Notes: a model not told the origin generated them from the letters alone. A DNA stretch of 64,000 nucleotides from Deltaproteobacteria bacterium (GCA_016218975.1 JACRCO010000071.1:83288-147287); one strand, 5' to 3'; positions 18,413 through 29,523 are shown, counted from the first letter of the stretch. Program-made: numbers and translations.

Positions 18413-19882
18413 TTACCGCATCATTTCGAAATGACGCTCGTCGCAGGTCTCGTCCGTAATATCGATGAACTTGTTGCAGATCTCGGTGACCATGTTGATG
18501 ACCCCCTGGTAGCCGATCAGCGGAAACCGGTGCCGGTTCACCCGGTCGAAAATCGGGAAGCCGAACCGGAACAAAGGGATCCCCGCGTCCCGGGCGGCGA
18601 ACTTTCCGTGGGTGTCGCCGATCAGGGCATCGACCGGATCGGTCATAAGGAGACTCCGCAGGTGCCACAGGTCCCTGTTCATGTAGATCTTTCCCGCCTT
18701 GCCGTACGGCGAAGCGTCAAGGAGCGCCTGTATCTCCTTCCCCAGCTTCTTCGATCCCTTGCTGCACAGGATGTGGTACGGCACCGCCCCCATCTCCAGC
18801 AGGAAGGAAACGTATCCGGTGAGATGGTCCGGGTCTCCGTAAAGAGCGAACTTCTTCCCGTGGATGTACTGGTGGGAGTCGGTCATCGCGTCCACCGCGC
18901 GGCCCCGCTCCGCCTTGAGCGAATCGGGGACCGGCCTGCCGAACAGCTCGGAGAGCTTCATCAGGAGCGCGTCTGTCCTTGCGATCCCCATCGGCATCGG
19001 CAATGCGGCGTGGCTTCCCGGGTAATTTTCCCTGATCCAGGCAAACGTCTTCGCGGTGGCGTACGGAGCGACGGTCAAAGTCGCCTTTCCGTTGATCGAG
19101 TCGCCCGCCTCCTCCAGCCCGGTCCCGCCGGGGTATAGCCGATAAGTGCCGTCGAGCGGAGAGTCGAAGGTCTCGGATATGTCCGCAAGGAAAGCGCACG
19201 GGATCCCCATTGCCTGGAAGATCCGTTTGTACTCACGGTAGTTCCCGGTATTGGCGTCGAAGCCGGCGATGAAGTTGATCTTCCCCGTGCAGCGCCCCTC
19301 CACCGCCTTTCCGGCGGTCAGGTTCTGGAGGATGGAAAGAAGCATCGCGTCGTAGCCGTGGATATGGGATCCGTTGAAGCTCGGCGTGTTGGCGTAGGCT
19401 ACGGGAAAATCCTGGGGGATGTGCCCCTTTTGCCTCGCGTTCCTGATGAACGCGGTCAGGTCGTCGCCGATGATCTCCGGCATGCAGGAAGTGAACACGG
19501 CGATCATCTTCGGCTTGTATAGCGCGAAGGCATTCTCCAGCCCCTCGTGGAGGTTGTTCTGCCCGCCGAACACCGCTCCGTCCTCGCTCATGGCGCTGCA
19601 GACGGCCGGGGCGGGCTCGCGGAAGTGGCGGTTGAGCGTCGAGCGGTAGTAGGAGGCGCACCCCTGGGATCCGTGCACGAAGGGGAGGCATCCCGCGAAC
19701 CCGTGGGCCGCCAGCTCCGCTCCCAGCGGCTGGCAGGTGTGGGCGGGATTGATCACCAGCGCCTGGCGGGCGAAGTTCTTCTCCCGGTACTCTTCCGTAT
19801 TTATCCATTCGGAGACCCGTAGCTCCTCTTCCGCCGGGATCGGGGTAACCGGCTTCACTTCCAGTCCGAGATTGTTCGCCAT
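18413..19882 (-). CDS. nifK: Nitrogenase MoFe protein beta chain
   Basis: 489 aa. CQPLGAELAAHGFAGCLPFVHGSQGCASYYRS...SAMSEDGAVFGG is NifK-typical. Directly follows nifD. Confidence 0.95.
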   Translation of the reverse strand: MANNLGLEVKPVTPIPAEEELRVSEWINTEEYREKNFARQALVINPAHTCQPLGAELAAHGFAGCLPFVHGSQGCASYYRSTLNRHFREPAPAVCSAMSEDGAVFGGQNNLHEGLENAFALYKPKMIAVFTSCMPEIIGDDLTAFIRNARQKGHIPQDFPVAYANTPSFNGSHIHGYDAMLLSILQNLTAGKAVEGRCTGKINFIAGFDANTGNYREYKRIFQAMGIPCAFLADISETFDSPLDGTYRLYPGGTGLEEAGDSINGKATLTVAPYATAKTFAWIRENYPGSHAALPMPMGIARTDALLMKLSELFGRPVPDSLKAERGRAVDAMTDSHQYIHGKKFALYGDPDHLTGYVSFLLEMGAVPYHILCSKGSKKLGKEIQALLDASPYGKAGKIYMNRDLWHLRSLLMTDPVDALIGDTHGKFAARDAGIPLFRFGFPIFDRVNRHRFPLIGYQGVINMVTEICNKFIDITDETCDERHFEMMR

Positions 19883-19897
19883 GCTTTCGCTCCTTCC

Positions 19898-21343
19898 TCA
19901 GAACGGCGACTTGACAAAGCCCCAGGTCGGGCTGTTGATCGCCATGTCGATGTCCCGCGCGAAGATCGGGAAACCCTTGTAAGCGTGATACGGGCCCGAA
20001 TAGTCCCAGCTGTGCATCTGCCGGAAAGGGAGCCCCATTTTCTGGAAGACGTACTTCTCCTTTATGCCGCTTGCCACCAGGTCCGGTTTCAGCTCGTCGA
20101 CGAACCGTTCGAGCTCGTATTCGGAGGCGTCGTCGTAGATGACCGTGGCGTCGGGCATCTCCGGGGAGGTCCGCTCGTAATCGTCGGAGTGGGCGAACTC
20201 GTACCCGGAACCGACGACGATCATCCCCAGGTCCTCGTATGCGCCCACCGTGTGGCGGGGGCGCAAGCCCCCCACGTACAGCATCACCTTCCTGCCTTCG
20301 AGCCGCGGCCGGTATTCGTCGATCACCGCCTGCATCTGCGGATCGTACTTCGCGATCGCCGTCTCCACGTTCTCCTTGATCCTGTCGTCGAAACGCTCCG
20401 CCAGCTTGCGCAGGCTTTCCCGGATCTTCGTCGGCCCGAAGAAATTCAGCTCGATCCACGGGATGCCGTACTTCTCCTCCATGACACGGCTCATGTAGTT
20501 CATCGAGCGGTAACAGTGGATGATGTTGAGTTTCACCCTGTGCGTGGCGGCGATCCGCTCGATTTCGCCGTCGCCGGTCCAGGTGGCCTTTACGTTCAGG
20601 CCGATTTCTTCGAGCAGCGGTTTCACCGACCAGACGTCTCCGCCGATGTTGTAGTCGCCGATCAGCGCCACGTCGTAAGGGGTCTGCGGCTCGGTGAACT
20701 CGCGCGTCTCTATGACGAAGTCCCGTATGGTGTCGTTGGAGATGTGGTGGCCGAGGGACTGTGAAACCCCACGGAAGCCTTCGCAGTTGCACGGGATGAC
20801 GGGGAGATCCAGTTCCTTGCTCATTATCCTGGCGACCGAGTTGATGTCGTCGCCGATCAGTCCGACCGGGCACTCGGAAAGGACCGAGATCCCCTTGGCG
20901 AGCGGGAAGAGCTCGCGGGCTTCCCGCAGAAGCACCGCCAGCTTCTTGTCCCCTCCGTACACGATGTCCTTCTCCTGGAAATCCGAGGTGAACTGCATGG
21001 CGAAGTTGGTGACGCCGTTCCTGCCGCTCATGAGGTTGCGGCGGGTCCCCCAGGAGTACCATCCGCAGCCCACCGGTCCGTGCGATACGTGGAGCATGTC
21101 GCGGATCGGCCCCCAGACCACTCCCTTGGCGCCGGCGTAGGCGCAGCCGCGCGCGCTCATTACGCCCGGGACGGTCTTCCGGTTCGATTTCACGCAGGCG
21201 CCGCACGAGGACGGGTCGTTGGGCGCCAGGTGCGGAGCGCGCTTCTTCCTCCCCTTCTCGGGATAGGCCACAAGCGCCCGGTCGATCATCTCAAGGGTCG
21301 ATTCCCTCGTTATGCCTTCCACTTTCTTGACGGGGTGCGTCAT
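19898..21343 (-). CDS. nifD: Nitrogenase MoFe protein alpha chain
   Basis: 481 aa. [39 protein letters not shown] is NifD-typical. No anfG/vnfG-like gene lies between D and K, so this is the Mo type. Confidence 0.95.
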   Translation of the reverse strand: MTHPVKKVEGITRESTLEMIDRALVAYPEKGRKKRAPHLAPNDPSSCGACVKSNRKTVPGVMSARGCAYAGAKGVVWGPIRDMLHVSHGPVGCGWYSWGTRRNLMSGRNGVTNFAMQFTSDFQEKDIVYGGDKKLAVLLREARELFPLAKGISVLSECPVGLIGDDINSVARIMSKELDLPVIPCNCEGFRGVSQSLGHHISNDTIRDFVIETREFTEPQTPYDVALIGDYNIGGDVWSVKPLLEEIGLNVKATWTGDGEIERIAATHRVKLNIIHCYRSMNYMSRVMEEKYGIPWIELNFFGPTKIRESLRKLAERFDDRIKENVETAIAKYDPQMQAVIDEYRPRLEGRKVMLYVGGLRPRHTVGAYEDLGMIVVGSGYEFAHSDDYERTSPEMPDATVIYDDASEYELERFVDELKPDLVASGIKEKYVFQKMGLPFRQMHSWDYSGPYHAYKGFPIFARDIDMAINSPTWGFVKSPF

Positions 21344-21401
21344 CGGTGGACTCCTTCAAGAGATTGGGGACGACATACATGTCCCTGGCCCGCGGGTCGG
21401 C

Positions 21402-22352
<951 letters not shown>

Positions 22353-22430
22353 TCACCGGAGAAAAAGATTTCCGCCCTCCCGCCCGGGGCGGGACCGCAA
22401 CAAAAACGGCGACGATAAGGTCTCCGGGGT

Positions 22431-22444
22431 CGACAATATTGTCG
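22431..22444. promoter_or_regulatory. 14-bp perfect palindrome CGACAATATTGTCG, candidate activator/repressor site in the nifH-draT divergent region
   Basis: Perfect dyad, about 110-120 bp upstream of the nifH -24 element and about 105 bp upstream of the draT ATG. It is not the canonical NifA UAS TGT-N10-ACA. Confidence 0.3.
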
Positions 22445-22549
22445 GAAACAGCGCGCCGCGGAATGCCGTGGCCCCTCCCCTGTGCCCGAATCTCGCGGTC
22501 CTGCGGGCATTTTCCGATCCGGTCCGGCTTTTGCTGTCCTGATGAACCC

Positions 22550-23347
22550 ATGAAACGTCCGCGGCTGACGATGAACCTTTGCAATCTGCCTTCCTGGGCG
22601 ATCGCATCGCGGGGCTTCAACGAAAACCCGCGGCCGATCGTGATCCAGGGAGTGCGTGGGGCGCACCGGCAGCTCTTCCTGCGCCTCGACGCGCAGGAAG
22701 ATCCCGCGCTGCGAGGAGCGGCATTTCACGACTACATGGACGTGGCGTTCCAGCTTCACCAGTGGAAGGGGGAGGAATCGGAGCTGGGACGAAGGAGCCT
22801 GAGGAACAGCTACCTCCGGTTCCTTCGCGGCTGGATGTTCGACGCCAATTCCATGGAGGGAGCGGTGCTTAAAGGGTGGGTGGAGAGCCGTTTCGGCATC
22901 CCGCCGACGTTCCACAGGGAGCCGATCGACGACATCCACTCGGATGCGTATTCCCGCTACACGATCGATCGGATGAACGGTATGGCGCGAACGAATTCGA
23001 TACAGGCCCAGCTCGATGTCCTTTATGAGTTTACGCAGTACGAGCTTGCGCGCCGGAACCCGGATTCCTTTTCGTTCACCCTTTTTCGCGGCGTGCACGA
23101 TTTTTCCGAACACCGCGTCCTTGAAAATCTCTCGAAGGACCGGTGCATTTTGCTCCTCAACAACCTCAACTCGTTCACGCGCGATTTCGAACGCGCCTGG
23201 GAATTCGGAAGCCGGGTTCTCGAAGCGATTGTCCCCGCGCAAAAGATTTTCTTCCGCGCGGACCTGCTGCCCCTGCTGCGGCTTAAAGGGGAAGAGGAAG
23301 TCATCGTCATCGGCGGGGAATACGAAGTTCGGGTGCGTACGTCATGA
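22550..23347 (+). CDS. draT: NAD+--dinitrogen-reductase ADP-ribosyltransferase
   Basis: The NLCNLPSWAIASRGFNENPRPIVIQGVR N-terminus and overall length are like DraT. Immediately followed by draG. The start at ATG 22550 is uncertain (22571 is an alternative). The ORF-track extension to 22190 runs through the nifH promoter and is rejected. Confidence 0.8.
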   Translation: MKRPRLTMNLCNLPSWAIASRGFNENPRPIVIQGVRGAHRQLFLRLDAQEDPALRGAAFHDYMDVAFQLHQWKGEESELGRRSLRNSYLRFLRGWMFDANSMEGAVLKGWVESRFGIPPTFHREPIDDIHSDAYSRYTIDRMNGMARTNSIQAQLDVLYEFTQYELARRNPDSFSFTLFRGVHDFSEHRVLENLSKDRCILLLNNLNSFTRDFERAWEFGSRVLEAIVPAQKIFFRADLLPLLRLKGEEEVIVIGGEYEVRVRTS

Positions 23348-24279
23348 CGCACGGCGATCTCCTTAAGCGCGGAAGGGCGGCGTTCCTCGGCCTGGCGGTC
23401 GGGGACGCCCTGGGGGCAACCACCGAGTTCATGGTCCCGGGAGAGATACGGGACCGGTACGGCGTGCACCGGACGATCGTCGGCGGCGGCTGGCTCAGAC
23501 TCAAGCCCGGAATGGTGACGGACGACACGGAGATGTCGCTATGCATCGCGCGGGCTTTGGTTCGCGCCGGCGGATGGGACTTAAGAGGGATCGCCGACAA
23601 TTTCGCCATGTGGTTGAGGAGCAAACCTGTGGACGTGGGAGCCGCCTGCCGGCGCGGGATACGCGATTACATGCTTAAAGGACGTCTATCGGCGCCTTGC
23701 AACGAGTGGGACGCCGGAAACGGGGCCGTCATGCGAATGACCCCGGTGGCCCTCCTCACGCTGGGGGACGGAGAAACGCTCGCCCGTTGCGCCGTGGAGC
23801 AGGCGCGCATAACCCATAACCATCCTCTTTCGGACGCCGCCTGCATCGCGGTCGGGCGAATGATCCAGGAGGCGGTACTTGGCGCCCCGCTTCAACGCCT
23901 CCGGGCGATCGCCGAGGAACTCGCACTGTCCCATACCGCGTTCGCTTTCGAGCCCTACCGCGGGGAAGCCTCGGGATACGTGGCCCACACCCTTCAGACC
24001 GTTTTTCACGACTTCTTCGCGGCCGACGGTTTCGAGGAGTGCCTTGTGCGGGTGGTCAACCGTGGAGGAGACGCCGATACGACGGGAGCGATTGCAGGGT
24101 CCATCGCCGGGGCTTATTACGGGCCCGATGCCATCCCGGCCGCATGGCGCAGGAGGCTCGACAGCGCCGTCCGCGCGGAGGTGGAGGGGCTGGCGGAATG
24201 GCTGGTCCGGCTCTCCCCCTCATGGACGCGATCCGAAAGATTCCCCGACGAACATCAAGAAGGGAGGTTGCCGGCATGA
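23344..24279 (+). CDS. draG: ADP-ribosyl-[dinitrogen reductase] glycohydrolase
   Basis: 311 aa. [18 protein letters not shown]...[11 protein letters not shown]...[20 protein letters not shown] are ADP-ribosylglycohydrolase motifs. ATGA overlap with draT. Confidence 0.85.
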   Translation: MTHGDLLKRGRAAFLGLAVGDALGATTEFMVPGEIRDRYGVHRTIVGGGWLRLKPGMVTDDTEMSLCIARALVRAGGWDLRGIADNFAMWLRSKPVDVGAACRRGIRDYMLKGRLSAPCNEWDAGNGAVMRMTPVALLTLGDGETLARCAVEQARITHNHPLSDAACIAVGRMIQEAVLGAPLQRLRAIAEELALSHTAFAFEPYRGEASGYVAHTLQTVFHDFFAADGFEECLVRVVNRGGDADTTGAIAGSIAGAYYGPDAIPAAWRRRLDSAVRAEVEGLAEWLVRLSPSWTRSERFPDEHQEGRLPA

Positions 24280-25931
24280 ACGAGAAAGGATCCGCCTCGC
24301 TTTTTCCCCGCGACCTGCGGCAGCAGGTGCTGGAGCTTACCGCCCTGTACGAAATCAGCAAGGTCCTCACCGAGTCGCTGGACCTGAAGGTCACCTGCGC
24401 GCGGGTGCTGAAGCTCCTTTCCCAGATCCTCGGCATGGAACGCGGAACGTTCCTCATGCGCGACCCGGGTAAAAAAGGGTCGTCGATAGTCGCGGCCCAC
24501 GGCATGACTCCCGAAGAAATCCAGCGGGGGAAATACCGTGTCGGCGAAGGAATCGTGGGGAGCGTGTTTTCCACCGGGAGCCCTGTCGTCGTCCCGAGCC
24601 TCGGAAGCGAACCGCTGTTCCTGAACCGGACCGGGTCGCGCACGCGGCTGCTGGAGCGGCAGGAGATCGCCTTCATCTGCGTTCCCGTCAAGGTGCGGGG
24701 CGAGGTGGTCGGGGTCTTGAGCGTTGACAGGGTATTCCCCGACCGGCTCTCGTTCGACAACGACGTCCGCTTTCTGACAATCGTCGCCGGCAGCCTCGCG
24801 CAGGCGGTGCGGATCAGCGAAATGGTGCGCGATGAGAAGCAGCGCCTTCTCGACGAAAACGCCGATCTCAAGGCCGAACTCAAAGGAAGGTACCAGTTCG
24901 ACAACATCATCGGCACCAGCGACCGCATGCAGGAGATCTTCGGCCAGGTCGACCGCGTGAGCAGGAGCACCGCCACCGTGCTCCTGCGGGGAGAGAGCGG
25001 AACGGGGAAGGAGCTGATCGCGCGGGCGATCCATTACAATAGTCCCCGCAGCCGCGGTCCTTTCATAAAGCTCAACTGCGCGGCGCTGCCGGAGACGCTC
25101 CTCGAATCGGAACTGTTCGGCCACGAAAAAGGGGCCTTCACCGGCGCGACCGGCGAGAAGAAGGGGCGGTTCGAACTGGCGGACAGCGGGACGCTCTTCC
25201 TCGACGAGGTCGGCGACATACCGTTAACGTTCCAGATGAAACTCCTGCGGGTATTGCAGGAACGGCAGTTCGAGCGGATCGGCGGGACGGAGACGATCAC
25301 GGTGGACGTGCGCCTCATCGGCGCCACGAACAGGGACCTGGAGGAAGCGGTGCGCAAGGGGACGTTCCGCGAGGACCTCTATTACCGCCTGAACGTAATC
25401 CCCCTGTTCCTCCCGGCGCTGAGGGAGCGAAAGGAGGACATCCCTCCGTTGATCGAGTTCTTCCTCGGCAGATTCAACGCCGAGAACAAGAAACAGGTGC
25501 GGCTCGGCCGCAAGGTGGTCAACACGCTGCTCTCCCACGCATGGCCCGGAAACATTCGGGAACTACAGCACACCATAGAGCACATCGTGGTCATGGCCCG
25601 GAGCGACGAGGCATCGACGGAGGACCTTCCCCTCTCCCTGCGCAACGGGCATGCCGCCGTATCCTTCTCCGCGCTTGCTCCCCAATCCTTGTCATCGACC
25701 CCGTATTTTACGCCGGACCCGCTTCCTCGCGAGGGACTGGCTCCGCAAATATCTTCTTTCCCGCGGAGTATCCGGAACCGCTCCAGCATCGCGGAGGCCG
25801 AGCGCCAGCTAATCGCCGATGCGCTGCGGAAATGCGGAGGCATCCATGCCCGCGCCGCCACGCTCCTGGGGATCACAGCCAGACAGATCGGTTACAAGAT
25901 AAGGAAGTACGGGTTGGAACAGGCACGGTAA
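24276..25931 (+). CDS. nifA: Sigma-54-dependent transcriptional activator, NifA-like (GAF-AAA+-HTH)
   Basis: N-terminal GAF ([13 protein letters not shown]...), AAA+ core ([38 protein letters not shown]) and C-terminal Fis-type HTH ([20 protein letters not shown]). ATG 24276 lies behind AAGGGAGG and overlaps the draG stop. Confidence 0.8.
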   Translation: MNEKGSASLFPRDLRQQVLELTALYEISKVLTESLDLKVTCARVLKLLSQILGMERGTFLMRDPGKKGSSIVAAHGMTPEEIQRGKYRVGEGIVGSVFSTGSPVVVPSLGSEPLFLNRTGSRTRLLERQEIAFICVPVKVRGEVVGVLSVDRVFPDRLSFDNDVRFLTIVAGSLAQAVRISEMVRDEKQRLLDENADLKAELKGRYQFDNIIGTSDRMQEIFGQVDRVSRSTATVLLRGESGTGKELIARAIHYNSPRSRGPFIKLNCAALPETLLESELFGHEKGAFTGATGEKKGRFELADSGTLFLDEVGDIPLTFQMKLLRVLQERQFERIGGTETITVDVRLIGATNRDLEEAVRKGTFREDLYYRLNVIPLFLPALRERKEDIPPLIEFFLGRFNAENKKQVRLGRKVVNTLLSHAWPGNIRELQHTIEHIVVMARSDEASTEDLPLSLRNGHAAVSFSALAPQSLSSTPYFTPDPLPREGLAPQISSFPRSIRNRSSIAEAERQLIADALRKCGGIHARAATLLGITARQIGYKIRKYGLEQAR

Positions 25932-25996
25932 TGGGGGCGGAAATCACGGAACAGACATTACACCGGGTCGTCGGTGGCCCGGCGTGAAATCGACCG

Positions 25997-26422
25997 TCAG
26001 ACCGCCATTACCGACAGGTGCTTCGCCTTCCCGTAGGCAAGTATCCTCTTGTCCCGGGTCAGCAGGATCGCCCCTTCCCGGCGGGCGGTGGCGACGATAA
26101 TACGGTCGGCCGGATCGCCGTGGAATGTCCCCGGCAGACGACTGCTCTCCACGGCGATTTCCGGCGCCAGGGGGACCAATGCGATTCCCGGCGCGCCCAA
26201 CGCCTCATTGACCCACGCCATGCAGTCTTTGGACAGGCGGATCCGGCCCTTCGCTTCGAGCATCGCCACTTCCCACACCGAGATGGCGGATATTCGTACA
26301 AGTCCTTGAGATGCCGCTTCTTCCATGACCCTGACGCCGGAAGGCTTCATGTCCCCTTCCCCGCTCATGAGCCAGAGCCACACGTGAGTATCGAGGAGCA
26401 GGACACGTTCAGTTTTCGGCAT
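25997..26422 (-). CDS. vapC: PIN-domain toxin VapC
   Basis: 141 aa with the LLLDTHVWLW...D...A acidic PIN residues pattern. Overlaps the upstream antitoxin gene by 14 nt. Confidence 0.8.
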   Translation of the reverse strand: MPKTERVLLLDTHVWLWLMSGEGDMKPSGVRVMEEAASQGLVRISAISVWEVAMLEAKGRIRLSKDCMAWVNEALGAPGIALVPLAPEIAVESSRLPGTFHGDPADRIIVATARREGAILLTRDKRILAYGKAKHLSVMAV

Positions 26423-26633
26423 CCCACTTCTCGCCCAAGGGTGAGATGACGTCTCCGACTATCGTGATCGTGTTCTTCATGAAACCGTGGATTTCAACCG
26501 GCGTCTCCTCGTAAGGAACGAGCCTCGCGACCGGCTTTCCCCGCTTGGTTATTACAACTTCCCCGTGACGGGACTTTACCTCGTCCATCAGCTTCAGGCA
26601 CTTCGCCTTGAATTGTCCCGCGGAGATCTTCAT
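26409..26633 (-). CDS. vapB: Phd/YefM-type antitoxin
   Basis: MKISAGQFKAKCLKLMDEVKSRHGEVVITKRGKPVARLVP is the classical Phd/YefM N-terminus. I place the start at ATG 26633, so the ORF-track start at 26657 lies in the operator. Confidence 0.8.
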   Translation of the reverse strand: MKISAGQFKAKCLKLMDEVKSRHGEVVITKRGKPVARLVPYEETPVEIHGFMKNTITIVGDVISPLGEKWDAEN

Positions 26634-26650
26634 CGAATATCCCTCATGAA

Positions 26651-26678
26651 TGGTCACATAACCATGGTCATATTACCA
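26651..26678 (-). promoter_or_regulatory. Candidate vapBC operator (tandem 14-bp boxes)
   Basis: TGGTCACATAACCA (26651-26664) is directly followed by TGGTCATATTACCA (26665-26678). Each box has TGGT...ACCA dyad ends and lies just upstream of the antitoxin start. Confidence 0.4.
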
Positions 26679-26863
26679 TCCAGGAATCGACGCGTCAATC
26701 CGGCTTCGGCCTTTTGCCGGCCCCGCCCCCGGCCGGCATTTTCAACCGGAGATCATCGCGAGGCGTGGAGGGAACACTGCGCGGGGATACGGGTTTAATA
26801 ATATGTCGCCATAGCATCACTGCCTAACAGGCGACGGAAGAAAAGTACGGAGGAACAAAATAT

Positions 26864-27178
26864 ATGCCTAATATCAAGCAGTTGATAGCGGCGCCAGTGT
26901 TTGCGGTCATTCTGTCGGTTTTTTCGGCCGCGGACGCGTCCGCCGGGAGCAGCTTCGGTTTCAGCTTAAGTTACAGCGTTCCTTACTACTACCCATACGA
27001 TTTCCGGGCGACGTACGGGTGGCGGGACGGCCACGCCCCATACGGCCATTGGTCGGGCGATCGCCACCATTATCGTTCAGGCTGGGGCGGACATCATTAC
27101 CGGAATTACGACAGGCATTATTACAGGCACCATGATCAGTATGGCCACCGGCATTGGCGTGGGTACGGACGCTGGTAA
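26864..27178 (+). CDS. Small secreted His/Tyr/Arg/Gly/Trp-rich protein
   Basis: 104 aa. Signal peptide MPNIKQLIAAPVFAVILSVFSAADASA, then a low-complexity mature part with 11 His and many Tyr/Arg/Trp (HHYRSGWGGHHYRNYDRHYYRHHDQYGHRHWRGYGRW). GGAGG RBS 9 nt upstream. Confidence 0.5.
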   Translation: MPNIKQLIAAPVFAVILSVFSAADASAGSSFGFSLSYSVPYYYPYDFRATYGWRDGHAPYGHWSGDRHHYRSGWGGHHYRNYDRHYYRHHDQYGHRHWRGYGRW

Positions 27179-27191
27179 GAGTTGAAGCGGG

Positions 27192-28337
27192 TTATTGCAG
27201 GAGCATATGGACAAGACCGGCGGCCGCCCCACCGAGCACCAGCCATGTCGCATTGACTTCGTACCGGATGAGAAGGACCGCCGAAACGAGCCCGATCGCG
27301 ACTGACTGCGGGTCCACAAACGAGGCGCGGCCCAACTGCCAGGTCACCGCGGCCATGAGGCCCAGCGAGGCGACGTTGACGCCGTCCAGAAACCGCCCCG
27401 CCGTGGCCGACCCCCGCAACCGTTGAACGAAAGGAAAAGAAGCGGCGACGAAAATAAAGGAAGGCAGAAAGATGCCGAGGGTCGCAAGCAGCGCCCCCGG
27501 CATGCCTCCGAGCAGGTAACCGATGAACGTTGCCGTCGTGAAGACAGGTCCGGGCGTCACCTGGCCGATGGCAACTGCGTCGAGTAACTGCCGGTCGGTG
27601 AGCCAACCGAGGCGGACGACGAAATCGGCGCGCAGGAAAGCGAGCAGGACGTAGCCGCTGCCGTACAAAACGGCCCCTATTTTCAGAAACACAAGGAACA
27701 ACACCGGCAGGCTGAACGGCACGACACCGAGAGCGGGCAAACCCGATCCGGCGAAAAGCGCAAAGAAACCCGCTACGTCACCCTTTCCCATCCGGCGGAT
27801 GCTCGCGGCGAACAGTACGGCGAACCCTCCGGCGAACAGCAAGACGATCTCGTTGGCACCGAGGAAATAGAGCACAAGTACGGCAATCCCGACTGCAGCC
27901 GTCAGCGGGCCTTTGACCGCTTTTCGCCCAAGGTCCCAAAGCGCCTTTGCAATTATGGCGATGATGACGGGCTTTATGCCGTACAGGGCCGAACCGATTT
28001 CGGGAATGGAACCGAAGCGTACATAAGCCCATGCAAGTGCCGTCACGACGAGAACAGCGGGCAGAATGAAGCAGAGGCCTCCGAGTATCAGGCCCGCCCA
28101 TCCCGCGCGCAGGAAGCCGAGATGAATCGCCATTTCCGTGGAATTCGGCCCCGGGATGAGGTTCGTGGCGCCGAGCAGGTCGAGGAAGCGCTGGTTATCC
28201 AGCCATTTCCTTCGATTGACGACCTCCGCATGCATCATGGATATGTGCGCCGCGGGACCGCCGAAGGCGGTGATGCCGAGCCGCAGGAAGTATCCGGCCA
28301 CTTCCGCCAGTCTTCCCGGCGGGAAACGGGCTGCCAA
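27192..28337 (-). CDS. chrA: Chromate ion transporter (CHR family)
   Basis: 381 aa. FLRLGITAFGGPAAHISMMHAEVV...W and a second GAVLYGSGYVLLAFL half show the duplicated CHR domain architecture. Confidence 0.85.
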   Translation of the reverse strand: MAARFPPGRLAEVAGYFLRLGITAFGGPAAHISMMHAEVVNRRKWLDNQRFLDLLGATNLIPGPNSTEMAIHLGFLRAGWAGLILGGLCFILPAVLVVTALAWAYVRFGSIPEIGSALYGIKPVIIAIIAKALWDLGRKAVKGPLTAAVGIAVLVLYFLGANEIVLLFAGGFAVLFAASIRRMGKGDVAGFFALFAGSGLPALGVVPFSLPVLFLVFLKIGAVLYGSGYVLLAFLRADFVVRLGWLTDRQLLDAVAIGQVTPGPVFTTATFIGYLLGGMPGALLATLGIFLPSFIFVAASFPFVQRLRGSATAGRFLDGVNVASLGLMAAVTWQLGRASFVDPQSVAIGLVSAVLLIRYEVNATWLVLGGAAAGLVHMLLQ

Positions 28338-28355
28338 AGGACTGCCCCCCCTTTT

Positions 28356-28691
28356 TCATCTTTTCCTTTTCCCGCGCGAGACTTCGCCTCGAAGTTCCTC
28401 GAGCTGCGACAGGATGATATCGAGGACATCACGCCCCTTGTCGGTCAGGTAGTAGCTTTTCCGGGCGTGGAGGCCCCCCTTGGCGGCCGTCACGCAACGC
28501 AGCCAGCCGTTGCGTTCCATCCGGCGAAGCATCGGGTACATTGTCCCCGGGCTGACCTCGTAGCCATGCCGGCGCAACTCCTGTAGCATCCACTGCCCTA
28601 CGACCGGTTCCTTCCCGGCGTGATGCAGGATGTGAACTTTCCAGAAGCTGAATAATATTTCCCGCGTGATCGTCTTCATTTCCTGCTTCAT
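28356..28691 (-). CDS. PadR family transcriptional regulator
   Basis: 111 aa. ILHHAGKEPVVGQWMLQELRRHGYEVSPGTMYPMLRRMERNGWL is the PadR winged-helix signature. Upstream of chrA. Confidence 0.85.
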   Translation of the reverse strand: MKQEMKTITREILFSFWKVHILHHAGKEPVVGQWMLQELRRHGYEVSPGTMYPMLRRMERNGWLRCVTAAKGGLHARKSYYLTDKGRDVLDIILSQLEELRGEVSRGKRKR

Positions 28692-28696
28692 GATGA

Positions 28697-28725
28697 ATAT
28701 CGTAGACGATTATCGTAATATCGTC
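28697..28725. promoter_or_regulatory. Overlapping ATCGT/ACGAT dyads, candidate PadR operator
   Basis: ATATCGTAGACGATTATCGTAATATCGTC contains ATCGT-AG-ACGAT and ACGAT-T-ATCGT dyads, immediately upstream of the padR ATG in an AT-rich spacer. Confidence 0.3.
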
Positions 28726-28847
28726 AATCCGACGAGATATAATGATTTGCCGGACCAACCATTAGATATGGCTGGTAATGCGCGGAAATACCAGGTTCTA
28801 CGGAAATACCTATGAGACGATTTCGATCGATCAAGGAAAGGGATCGA

Positions 28848-29219
28848 ATGACCGGCCCAGCCCCCGCGTCGAACGACCGGCAGTACGCGGTCTGCAACAC
28901 GTGCACGATCATGCTCGTCGCGTTGTGCTACGAGCGTGTCCGGTGGTTTCGCGTGTTGCGTGAACCGCTGCTGCTTGGGATGCGGGTTTTGTCACGGTGG
29001 CACCGGATCGACCCGCGAAACTTTCGGGTTCGAACCGAAAGCTGTTACGGGTGCATTCGCTTCATGAAGGAATCGCTGAAGGAGAAATCGTACGTTGCGC
29101 GGCGGGTGAACGACCTCATAAACCCGATGTTCAATCGTATCCGTGATTCCATCGTAACCGAGGAAGAAATCGCGGAAGCCAAACGCTTGGCGCGCGAAGC
29201 CACGCATCCCCCGGAATAG
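28848..29219 (+). CDS. Hypothetical Cys-containing protein
   Basis: The ORF has a plausible RBS (GGAAAGGGA) before ATG 28848. CNTC...C...CYGC residues. No family recognised. Confidence 0.4.
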   Translation: MTGPAPASNDRQYAVCNTCTIMLVALCYERVRWFRVLREPLLLGMRVLSRWHRIDPRNFRVRTESCYGCIRFMKESLKEKSYVARRVNDLINPMFNRIRDSIVTEEEIAEAKRLAREATHPPE

Positions 29220-29364
29220 CGCCTTTTCCCGCCAAAAGCCCCTGAAACGTTTTCAGGAACCGTGAATCATAACAATTGAAATTTGCATTTCCCGTTAATC
29301 AGGAATATATGCTGTTAACAATTTCGTGTCACCGGTAATGCAGGCAAAACCTGCCCGAGAGTCC

Positions 29365-29485
29365 TTAACCCGCATTTCTCACCAGGGTTCGTAGCGAGGC
29401 GGTGGAGACGGGTATGGCTACAGGGCGCCGCGACCGAGGGCAACGCAGTAGACATGGCCGTATCCGCCGCGTGAGGAGCGATTAA
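29365..29485. repeat. MITE-like / structured-RNA-like element, copy 2 (shorter, right arm decayed)
   Basis: Aligns with 585-661 and 707-734 of copy 1 with few substitutions. It lacks the 45-bp module 662-706, and its right terminal arm is degenerate (GTGAGGAGCGATTAA). Confidence 0.55.
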
Positions 29486-29523
29486 AGAACATGCAGAACC
29501 GTTTTTAGAGGAAAACGCGCTCG

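Noticed and set aside
17273-21206. 621-aa plus-strand ORF and 657-aa alternative-frame minus-strand ORF over nifEN, nifK and nifD
   Set aside because: They overlap unmistakable nitrogenase genes, and their translations are low-complexity Arg/Pro/Gly.
25997-29523. The vapBC-to-MITE patch as a horizontally acquired genomic island
   Set aside because: The content (toxin-antitoxin, chrA-padR, hypotheticals, AT-richer spacers) is suggestive. However, there is no integrase, tRNA or attachment repeat, and no clear compositional boundary that I can verify without computation. I do not call it an island.
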